Shown: positions 10,152 through 17,790, counted from the first letter of the stretch. The stretch is DNA of 64,000 nt from an uncultured Bacteroidales bacterium (GCA_945874155.1 CAMCFO010000003.1:8581-72580), one strand, 5' to 3'. Program-made: numbers and translations. The notes: generated from the sequence alone by a model not told the origin.

Positions 10152-11489
10152 TTACAGGAACATAGTGAGCATGACAGGAAGAAGGAGAGTCTGTTCGTCC
10201 TTGCGCAGGTCCTTGGTATAGAGAAGATACCTGTCACTTACATTGCCGGAATATTTCCTGCAGAACTCGTCAAGCGATTTGTGGGTCTTGTACCCCGAGG
10301 ACTTGACCTCTATGGGACGGAGTTTGGTCCCCTTAGAGAGGAGGAAATCCACCTCGTAATTATGGTTCGATGTCTCCGATCTCCATGTATGATAGAAGAG
10401 CTTGTGACCTGATGCTACAAGCATCTGAGCCACGATATTCTCATAGACATAACCAAGGTCAACTGAAAGTTTGTCACTTAGCAACTTCTCGTAAATCACA
10501 TTATCCGAGAAGTCATTGTCCCAGAAGGCAAGGGTGATGAATAGCCCCGTATCGCCCATATACAGTTTGTATTGTCCATAATCGGTATGCGACGGAAGCC
10601 CCACCTCCGGATTGTCCGAATGATGTGCGAAGTTCACGGTAAGGCTGTCCTCCATATCCCTCAGGAACTCATTCACGGTTTCACTGGGATATCCCCGTCC
10701 GACAATGCTGCTCTGCTGGAAACGTGATGCATTCTTGCTCAGTTGGGCAGGGATGGAGCTGAACATCTTGGATATTTTTCCTGAAGGGTCTATCTTCTGA
10801 AAGTCATCAATATAGATATCGATGATCTCCCGTTTCTTCCTGTCCACATCCGCAAGATTGAGCGTCTCCAGATATGTACTCACCGCTTGGGGCATCCCGC
10901 CGACTAGCATATAGAGTCTGAAGTCCCTGAGCAGCTTGCGTGTCAGGGCGTCACCGAAGGGACGTCTAGCATCGAAGGACTCTCTGAGCAGTGGCACGGT
11001 CACCTCATCCCCGATAGCCCAGCGGAACTCCTCATAATCCAACGGATACATCGTAAGGCGCGTCTCCTCGCTTGGGATGACGATATCCTTTGTGTTCTTC
11101 CTTATGGAAAGCAAGGAGCCGGTCTCTATGTAGTCGTATCTGTGGTCCTTCACAAGGTACTTGATTGCTTCCCGAGCCTTCGGGCATTTCTGAACCTCGT
11201 CAAAGATTATGACGGACTGACGTTCATAGAGCTTGACTCCATAAATGAACTGGAGCCTCGTGAAGAAATCATTCCTGTCGGAAATGACGTTGACCGCCTC
11301 CCAGAGTGCCGCCGGAGCATCTGCGAAATCAACGAGTATGTAACTTCGGTATTCCTTCTTTGCAAATTCCTCCACCAGAGTGGACTTTCCGACACGGCGT
11401 GCACCCTTAAGCAGAAGCGCGGTGGAACCGTCACTCGTCCGCTTCCACTCAAGCATTCTGTCATATAGTTTCCTTCTGAAAACTCTCAT
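10152..11489 (-). CDS. AAA_14 ATPase with DUF4143 C-terminal domain (second, diverged paralogue)
   Basis: Walker A LKGARRVGKS, Walker B IIFDEVQ, IETGSLL, MYPLDYEEF, EVDF..PIEVK. Confidence 0.9.
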   Translation of the reverse strand: MRVFRRKLYDRMLEWKRTSDGSTALLLKGARRVGKSTLVEEFAKKEYRSYILVDFADAPAALWEAVNVISDRNDFFTRLQFIYGVKLYERQSVIIFDEVQKCPKAREAIKYLVKDHRYDYIETGSLLSIRKNTKDIVIPSEETRLTMYPLDYEEFRWAIGDEVTVPLLRESFDARRPFGDALTRKLLRDFRLYMLVGGMPQAVSTYLETLNLADVDRKKREIIDIYIDDFQKIDPSGKISKMFSSIPAQLSKNASRFQQSSIVGRGYPSETVNEFLRDMEDSLTVNFAHHSDNPEVGLPSHTDYGQYKLYMGDTGLFITLAFWDNDFSDNVIYEKLLSDKLSVDLGYVYENIVAQMLVASGHKLFYHTWRSETSNHNYEVDFLLSKGTKLRPIEVKSSGYKTHKSLDEFCRKYSGNVSDRYLLYTKDLRKDEQTLLLPVMLTMFL

Positions 11490-11490
11490 T

Positions 11491-11618
11491 TCCCCATTTT
11501 TATAAGGTTCAGCATTGCAAATATATGCAAATTTTTCAGAATCCCCATTTTTATCTTAGGATTTATATGCATAATCCCCATTTTTAAAACCTGAATCCTA
11601 TGCAGAATCCCCCTTTTT
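11491..11618. repeat. TCCCC(A/C)TTTTT direct repeats, three at exact 33-bp period plus one at the start codon
   Basis: Copies start 11542, 11575, 11608 and 11491; minus-strand -7 TATATTTG at 11518-11525. Confidence 0.8.
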
Positions 11619-11642
11619 GACGTACTTTCTGTACCAGACGCA

Positions 11643-11709
11643 AAAAGTAGACACGAAAATTTTTATTAGTTAATACTTATTTACCGAAGTGGACACCGTG
11701 TCTACTTTT
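11643..11709. repeat. Perfect 13-bp inverted repeat AAAAGTAGACACG / CGTGTCTACTTTT with 41-bp spacer
   Basis: 11643-11655 and 11697-11709; additional degenerate direct copy AAGTGGACAC at 11687-11696. Confidence 0.75.
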
Positions 11710-11723
11710 ACGAGAGCAACAAT

Positions 11724-11795
11724 TGTTAAGTTTTTGTTAACACACTCATTTCCCCAAGAATAATTTTGAATATCAATATTAAATACCGACCTTTG
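11724..11795 (+). promoter_or_regulatory. Cassette-1 promoter with TGTTAA-N5-TGTTAA operator, -33 TTTG and -7 GACCTTTG
   Basis: TGTTAA at 11724 and 11735, TTTG 11765, GAnnTTTG 11788; aligns without gaps to 59732-59803. Confidence 0.75.
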
Positions 11796-11836
11796 CGCGC
11801 TGAAAAGAAAAGGACAACGATAGATCAAAATTGATT

Positions 11837-12058
11837 ATGTTAAGGATGGCATACACCAGTGCTATGTCCGCCTCCGAAATAGTAAATAGGGGGGGGTATG
11901 AGTATGTAGTCCTCATCAGCAATAAACGCCGGTCATTCAGTCCGGCATACAGCCAGGGTGCTGACACCAGAAGTGTCAGTGCCCTTTTTGCGTATGAGCC
12001 AAACCCGTCCCCGGACGGCCCAAAGATACACGGACAAAATTACAATTTTGATAGGTAA
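11837..12058 (+). CDS. Putative leader peptide (73 aa) containing a G8 tract and reading through a terminator
   Basis: A-rich context before ATG; LRM..RGGY..V.L..SPA shared with the ORF at 59851; G8 at 11889-11896. Confidence 0.5.
   Translation: MLRMAYTSAMSASEIVNRGGYEYVVLISNKRRSFSPAYSQGADTRSVSALFAYEPNPSPDGPKIHGQNYNFDR
11956..11989 (+). terminator. Leader terminator/attenuator hairpin, cassette 1
   Basis: GGGTGCTGACAC-cagaa-GTGTCAGTGCCC-TTTTT (12-bp stem with 2 G.U pairs); same stem at 59975. Confidence 0.8.
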
Positions 12059-12075
12059 CACAAGTAGGTAACACA

Positions 12076-12122
12076 AGGGGGTACGTCGATGAGAATCGCC
12101 GGGTGAGTCCGAACAGCCCCCT
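12076..12122 (+). ncRNA. Putative cis-acting structured RNA element (unassigned), cassette 1
   Basis: AGGGGG/CCCCCT closing stem enclosing CGAT-GAGA-ATCG (GNRA loop) and CGGG-TGAG-TCCG hairpins; identical at 60137-60183. Confidence 0.55.
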
Positions 12123-12160
12123 ATTTTTGATTATTGTTGAACAACTAAATAATTAAAACA

Positions 12161-12307
12161 ATGAACAAGAAAACAAAAATTTCAACCTATGAGTCGCCTC
12201 TGGTACTTGAAGAGGTGCTCAACATTGAGCAAGGGTTTGCTCAGAGTTTCGGCGAAGCTGGAAAAGCCGGAGCAAATGGAAGTTATTCATTTGAAGGAGA
12301 TTTTTGA
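12161..12307 (+). CDS. Small 48-aa peptide MNKKTKISTYESPLVLEEVLNIEQGFAQSFGEAGKAGANGSYSFEGDF
   Basis: Translated by hand; strong A-rich initiation context; paralogue at 60222; immediately precedes the lipoprotein. Confidence 0.75.
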   Translation: MNKKTKISTYESPLVLEEVLNIEQGFAQSFGEAGKAGANGSYSFEGDF

Positions 12308-12321
12308 TGGAGGAAAGAGCT

Positions 12322-15300
12322 ATGAAGACAAATTTTAGATTCCTGGCGCTTTCTGCCGCCATACTTTCAATGTTCACCGCCTGCCAGCGCGAAGAACTTG
12401 AGCAGAACCAGAAACCGGAAGCCCTCACCCACAGCGTTACATTTGTGGCTGGTGCTCCTGAAACCAAGACTACCGTAGATATCAGTGATGGTAAGACCGC
12501 TAAGTTTAAGTGGACTAAGGCTGATGAGGGCAGATTTACCGTTTTTGAGAATGGAACTGAAGCAAGAGCGTCTGTTGGTGTTCTTAAGGATGGCAAAATG
12601 ACCATTATTGCAGAATTCGATGGTGATGCCCCTGCTACACCTAAGTATCAAGCATTATACAATTCAGAGGTTAGCGCAAGTCAGAACGTTACTGAAAACT
12701 CTTATGCAGAAGTATCAGATGTGATGGTTTCCAATGTGTTGGATGGTACTCGTGATAATGAGTTCGTTTTCAGCTTCAAGAGAGAGGTTGCATTTGCCAA
12801 GATGACATTGAAGGGCTTGACAAGCGGTGCTCGCGTTTCAAGCGTAACGATTGAATCTGATAAGCCTATTGCAGGTAAATATGATTTGAAGACAGGCACA
12901 TTCGTAAATACTTCAAATGTTATCACTCTTGATGTTTTGACTGATGTTGCTGATGGAAATGCTACGGTATGGTTCACGACTATCCCTGTTGAAGATGCCA
13001 CATTTACTATCACAGCTGAAACAACCAATGATCTTGAGGCTGTTGCAGCTACCTATACAAAAACATTCTCCAAGACCATCACCCTCACCCGTGGCGACGT
13101 GAAGGCCTTCGGCGTTAAGATGAATAAGGATGCGAAAGACCTCTCACTTTCTTTTGATTTTAAGACTCATCCGAGTGGCTGGCCTACATCAAGCGATGCA
13201 GCATCATCTGCAGCTGATTATGTGTATACTTTGAATGGTGTAGATTACAAATTCAGTTGTCCTGCAAAAGCATATTGTGGGGGAACTTCAGAAACTTCAG
13301 GTTATTTGCTTATTCAGTCTTCGACAAGTATGGGCTTGCCTGCTCTTTCAGGGTACAAACTTACAAAGGTAGTCGGGACTTTAAATGATTCAGGCACGCC
13401 ATCAACTTCATCGTCTATCTCTATTACTGATGGAGAGAATGTAGTTTCTGGTGGCACTGCACAAACATGGAGTACCAAGGGGGCCGAATATACATATTCT
13501 TTGACAGACACTGAAGAGAATCAGGTATACTACTTTACTGTCTCCAATAAGAATTGTCAAATGATTAAACTTGTTCTGACATATGAACCTGCGATTGCAA
13601 GAACTAATTTAGCAACCCCAACAAATCTTGCAGTTAGTGCTGAAAAGGTCGTTTCTTGGGATGCAGTTGACGGCGCAGCTTCTTATGTGCTGACTATCGG
13701 AACCGAGGAGTATCCTTGCACAAGCAATTCTTACGATGCTTCTGCCATCGCTGATGAGTATTATGACGTGGCTGTCGTAGCAGTTCCTACCGATACCGAG
13801 AACTACAAGAACTCAGCTGCCGCTACCCTTACCGATGCCAAGTTCGGCACACCGAAACTCGATATTCCTACACTTAAGAAAGGTACTGTTGATGAGTTCT
13901 CTGTAAATGCTACCTGGACAGTTGACTCAAAGGCTACTGCTGGATACAATTGCGAACTCTACAAGGGTGAGACAAAGGTTGGTGACAGCAAGACTGTAAC
14001 TAAAGGATCCGTCACCTTTGATGGTCTCGATGACGGTGTAACCTACACTGTTAAGGTCAATGCAATCGCTGTTGAAGGAACCAAGGCTTATGCAGCGTCC
14101 GCTGTTGCTACAATTGATTTGACAACAACTCCTGCAAGTAAAGTAAGTGATGTTACAGCGGCAGATACATATACTATCAAGAACCTTACAGTATATGCCG
14201 TACCGAACATCAGCCTTGCTATTCTTGGAGATGCTACAGGTTATATTCTTTACTATGTAAAAGGAGGTCATGGATTGTCAGTTGGAAATACTTTGGATGT
14301 AGCTGGTCCAGTTGTGGATTATTATGGATTATGGGAATTCAGTGGGGCAACTGCTTCAAATGTTAAGACTGGTTCTACTCCTGATTATGGAGAACCGGTA
14401 GAGGCAACAAATGAATTTTTGGCCTCTTTTGCGACAAAGCCATTGATAAAGTATATTCATGCTGTTGGCGAACAATCCGGACAAGATATTACTGTCGGAG
14501 AGAATAAGCTTCATTTAAGCGCAGCAAATTCTGCAACAGAGGGAAAGACTGTAAGTGTATATGGTTTCACATATGGATACCATTCTACCAATAAATACGT
14601 TCAGTTTGTCGCAACCTCCATCGCTGAGGACCCTACAGCTCCAAAACTTTCTGTAACTCCTACCTCAAAGACTTGGGCAAGTGAAGAAACCGATGCCGCT
14701 GTTTTCAACGTAACAACCAACACTGAGGGCGAAAACGATTGGTCAGTTTCACCTACCACCCTCGGTTGGGCAACAATCGCTATAGACAAGTCTGCCGGCA
14801 AAATCACTGTTACTCCTAACGATGCTAATACGACAAAAACAGCTCGTGAGGCAACACTCACCGTTACACACTCTGCAGGTACCTTGACTAAGACTATCTC
14901 TCTTAAACAGAGTGCGGCTGGAGCAGTAACAAGTATAGAGTTCTCTCAAACATATTCTTATGGTTTAAAAGATTGGTCATTAACAGAATATACCGACAAA
15001 AGCAGTTATTATCTTGTCCCTTCAGGCACGAATCCTAGTGTTGCAACAATATCAGGTATATTTACAAAGAAGACTATTCAATCTGATGTAGTTATTACAT
15101 TGAATGTCGCAACATTTGGAAGTGGTTTCAATCCTAGTGCACAAACATTCTCTATATATAATGATTCAGGCTGTACAACACCCGTGACTGCGGCTCAATC
15201 TGGTACACTGCCGACAAGCAGTTCATATACAAATGTAGTCTATACGGTTAAAAAAGAGGATGCAACCGCATTAACTTCTAATTTGGCAATTAAGATAACC

Positions 15301-15360
15301 AAACCGGGAAAGCAGATTCGTTTAAAATCAATACAAATCAAATTTAGTTATAGCAATTGA
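12322..15360 (+). CDS. Large surface lipoprotein (fimbrillin-like N-terminus, FN3-like and BACON-like modules)
   Basis: Likely start MKTNFRF at 12322, lipobox FTAC-QREE, ETKTTVD..KWTKAD, LATPTNLAV..VSWDAVDGAASY FN3 pattern, AREATLTVT. Confidence 0.75.
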   Translation: MKTNFRFLALSAAILSMFTACQREELEQNQKPEALTHSVTFVAGAPETKTTVDISDGKTAKFKWTKADEGRFTVFENGTEARASVGVLKDGKMTIIAEFDGDAPATPKYQALYNSEVSASQNVTENSYAEVSDVMVSNVLDGTRDNEFVFSFKREVAFAKMTLKGLTSGARVSSVTIESDKPIAGKYDLKTGTFVNTSNVITLDVLTDVADGNATVWFTTIPVEDATFTITAETTNDLEAVAATYTKTFSKTITLTRGDVKAFGVKMNKDAKDLSLSFDFKTHPSGWPTSSDAASSAADYVYTLNGVDYKFSCPAKAYCGGTSETSGYLLIQSSTSMGLPALSGYKLTKVVGTLNDSGTPSTSSSISITDGENVVSGGTAQTWSTKGAEYTYSLTDTEENQVYYFTVSNKNCQMIKLVLTYEPAIARTNLATPTNLAVSAEKVVSWDAVDGAASYVLTIGTEEYPCTSNSYDASAIADEYYDVAVVAVPTDTENYKNSAAATLTDAKFGTPKLDIPTLKKGTVDEFSVNATWTVDSKATAGYNCELYKGETKVGDSKTVTKGSVTFDGLDDGVTYTVKVNAIAVEGTKAYAASAVATIDLTTTPASKVSDVTAADTYTIKNLTVYAVPNISLAILGDATGYILYYVKGGHGLSVGNTLDVAGPVVDYYGLWEFSGATASNVKTGSTPDYGEPVEATNEFLASFATKPLIKYIHAVGEQSGQDITVGENKLHLSAANSATEGKTVSVYGFTYGYHSTNKYVQFVATSIAEDPTAPKLSVTPTSKTWASEETDAAVFNVTTNTEGENDWSVSPTTLGWATIAIDKSAGKITVTPNDANTTKTAREATLTVTHSAGTLTKTISLKQSAAGAVTSIEFSQTYSYGLKDWSLTEYTDKSSYYLVPSGTNPSVATISGIFTKKTIQSDVVITLNVATFGSGFNPSAQTFSIYNDSGCTTPVTAAQSGTLPTSSSYTNVVYTVKKEDATALTSNLAIKITKPGKQIRLKSIQIKFSYSN

Positions 15361-15390
15361 CTCCAATCCGGCGCCGGGGTGAAGAGCCCA
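15354..15390 (+). other. Conserved cargo-stop element CAATTGACTCC.ATCCG...CGGGGTGAAGAGCCCA, cassette 1
   Basis: Overlaps the TGA stop; same blocks at 63323-63365 although the two coding sequences differ. Confidence 0.7.
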
Positions 15391-15418
15391 AGGCAGTTGT
15401 AAATGCCGTCTAAATTTC

Positions 15419-15465
15419 AAATATCAGTCAGGCAGGGCAAAACTGTCTGACTGATATTTATTTTG
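15419..15465 (+). terminator. Intrinsic terminator after cassette 1
   Basis: AAATATCAGTCAGGCAG-ggcaaaa-CTGTCTGACTGATATTT then T-rich. Confidence 0.85.
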
Positions 15466-15553
15466 CCAAAGAGTTTGTCAAGGGATATATTACCGTTAAG
15501 ATGAATTAACATTGACTCAGCAGACTCGACCGGCAGTACAAACCCATAAAAAC

Positions 15554-15592
15554 AAGTTTGACAGCAACTCCCAACCAGTTGCTGTCAAACTT
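15554..15592 (-). terminator. Perfect 16-bp hairpin, probable terminator of the Rpn gene
   Basis: AAGTTTGACAGCAACT-N7-AGTTGCTGTCAAACTT. Confidence 0.7.
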
Positions 15593-15686
15593 AATTTTTA
15601 TAATCCAAAGAATTGAACTCCGGTCAAAGCCGGACGTGACGCGTTCCATTCCGTGCACTATTGTGCAGGTTATTTTTGGAGGATTA

Positions 15687-16601
15687 CTAAAGCGCTTCAA
15701 TAGTCTCGATAGACAATCCCGTACATTTGGCAATTAGTTCCAACGGGACTCCATTGCATTTGAAGTTTTTAGCTGTCTCAATGCGTCCCTCTTCGCGTCC
15801 CTCTTCGCGTCCCTCCTCGCGTCCTTCGAGCCGTTCCTGTTTGAGTTCCCATCTATAGTCCAGTTCTGTTTTCATATCCATTTCGTAATTTTCAAGTTTC
15901 TCTTGTGAAAAACCGGCAATCCAACTGGCCTCCACAACGTCTTTAATAAGTGGCACATCTTCAAGAGCTTCAGGTATAGACTCATAGGACCAGCTGTACT
16001 TGAACCAGTAGAACAGGAAGTCTCTTCGTGTCTTACATTCTGAAAGTTCGAGCTTGAAACGTGGCAGTTGTGCGAAGATACACAAAATGGTAGAAGGAGC
16101 AAAAATTTTTGTGGATTCTTCAACCATAGTGTACTTTGTGATAATCTTGGAAGAATCAATGCCAGCCTTGTTTTCAAAGTCCAGGGTAAAGTCCAGAAAA
16201 CTGACGATATAGACAGGATGGAGTTTGTCGTAGTCTTCACCTTTCAGAATGGATCTGGAATAGAATCCGGAAGCATAGTAAATGCACCTTTCAAAGAAGA
16301 CAACATCTTTCTTGCACTGAATTTCAACATCAAAGGTCCTCAAATCATCACTGACACAGACAAGGTCAAGGACAGATTTCTTGCTATAGGCAGTCTTGAC
16401 TATCTGTTCCCTGTCCAGATACTTGATGATGTCTTTGATCTGCGCATTCTCAGGCAGGATTTCATTCAATAGTTCAATTAAGAGGCTCTTGTTGTTTATG
16501 TCAGCAAAGACTGCCTTGAAGCCCGGGTCCTGACGCAGGTCAACAAAAATTTGTTTGTTGACCAATTGTTTTGTTTGGCTGTTTGTTTTCATGGTCGACA
16601 T
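15687..16601 (-). CDS. Rpn family recombination-promoting nuclease / PD-(D/E)XK putative transposase
   Basis: DPGFKAVF, LDLVC..DVEIQ..FFERCIYY, PVYIVSFLDF, C-terminal EGREEGREEG..IETAKN..IAKCTGLS; start chosen at MSTMK (ORF track extends to 16697). Confidence 0.9.
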   Translation of the reverse strand: MSTMKTNSQTKQLVNKQIFVDLRQDPGFKAVFADINNKSLLIELLNEILPENAQIKDIIKYLDREQIVKTAYSKKSVLDLVCVSDDLRTFDVEIQCKKDVVFFERCIYYASGFYSRSILKGEDYDKLHPVYIVSFLDFTLDFENKAGIDSSKIITKYTMVEESTKIFAPSTILCIFAQLPRFKLELSECKTRRDFLFYWFKYSWSYESIPEALEDVPLIKDVVEASWIAGFSQEKLENYEMDMKTELDYRWELKQERLEGREEGREEGREEGRIETAKNFKCNGVPLELIAKCTGLSIETIEAL

Positions 16602-16881
16602 TTTTGTTTTTAAAATCGAACCACAAACATATATACAAAAATTTGGGAAAAGCGCAATTGATAAAAAAGTGATGTCGATTTTTTCTTTTTTAATCAAGTC
16701 ATTATAAAAAATTCAGGCAATATCACTTTTCCATCAAAAATAATGTGTCAAAATTTTCAACAGATTTATTTATCACTCAAAAATTTGTCACTTTTTTATA
16801 AGAAATTTTCATACCATTCGTCGGGAATAGCCCCCTCGGCCGGAGCCGTATGTGGAGTTTTGCATAATATTTCATATCTTT

Positions 16882-16926
16882 GCCGCCGGACTAAAACCGC
16901 AAAGCCGCCGGACTAAAACTGCAAAG
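16882..16926 (+). repeat. 22-bp tandem duplication just after a -7 promoter element
   Basis: GCCGCCGGACTAAAAC(C/T)GCAAA twice, following TATCTTTG at 16875-16882. Confidence 0.75.
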
Positions 16927-16951
16927 TCACTGTAAAATAACCACAAAGATT

Positions 16952-17788
16952 ATGATGCAAATAACCAGAATCTACCTTAATCTGCTTAAATCCCTGGCCG
17001 TGATTGGAGGCCTGCTTTTATCCGCAACAGCTGCGAGGGCGCAGGAAATTCCTGTGGTGAACGACGAAGTATTAGGATTTACTGGACGTTTCAGTGCTTC
17101 AGTGGATTGGAAGGCATATAAGGGGCTGCACATAAGTGCAGAATATCAGCTCCGTACTCAGCATCTGTTCACTGCCGTAGAAAGGCATCAGGCATCCCTG
17201 GGACTCTCATACAAGGTCTGTGACTACTTCCGTACTGGCATTGACTATACTTTCATCGGCCACTATAAATCCTCAGACCGGAGTTTCCGTCCACGGCACA
17301 GGGCATCGATTTTCGTGATGGGCATCTACGACCTGGGGATGTGGCGTATGTCTCTGAAGGAAACACTGGAATTCACCCACAAGGCCTATGACCTCAATCC
17401 CTATCAGGACACGCGCAACAGTCTCAATCTCCGTTCACGCTTCAAGCTAAGTTACAGAGGCTACGCTCCATTGGAACCTTATGCCTATGTCGAACTGAAG
17501 AACAGTTTCAACGACCCGGCCTTCGACGCCATATTTGATGAAGATAACCAAATCTGGACCGATTATGAGTTTTTGGGCTACAAAACAGCAATGCTCAACC
17601 GTATCAGGACCTGCTTGGGGGCAGAATGGCACATAACCCGCAACCACAGCATTGATTTCGCTTTGCTGTACCACTGGAATCACTCTCTGGAAATAGACAC
17701 AAACAAAGAGGGCACGAAACTCAAGGCCCTGTATTACGAGAATTCCAACGACCTGGCCCTTTCTATCGGCTACAAATTCTCCTTCTGA
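16952..17788 (+). CDS. DUF2490-like outer-membrane beta-barrel protein
   Basis: Signal peptide (ARA-QE), alternating beta strands, R.RPRHR motif, C-terminal YKFSF. Confidence 0.65.
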   Translation: MMQITRIYLNLLKSLAVIGGLLLSATAARAQEIPVVNDEVLGFTGRFSASVDWKAYKGLHISAEYQLRTQHLFTAVERHQASLGLSYKVCDYFRTGIDYTFIGHYKSSDRSFRPRHRASIFVMGIYDLGMWRMSLKETLEFTHKAYDLNPYQDTRNSLNLRSRFKLSYRGYAPLEPYAYVELKNSFNDPAFDAIFDEDNQIWTDYEFLGYKTAMLNRIRTCLGAEWHITRNHSIDFALLYHWNHSLEIDTNKEGTKLKALYYENSNDLALSIGYKFSF

Positions 17789-17790
17789 CC

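Noticed and set aside
11779-11967. 62-aa minus-strand ORF, and 59910-60119 minus-strand ORF, as antisense genes
   Set aside because: Not conserved between the two cassettes, unlike the plus-strand features
12076-12122. Group II intron fragment or hammerhead ribozyme (GGGUGA..GUCC.GAAC and CGAUGAG resemble parts of these)
   Set aside because: No GUGCG 5' end, no domain V catalytic triad, no CUGAUGA/GAAA core in the right order, no reverse transcriptase
15790-15830. 12-bp tandem repeats CCCTCTTCGCGT as a separate repeat element
   Set aside because: They encode the usual EGREE tail of Rpn proteins
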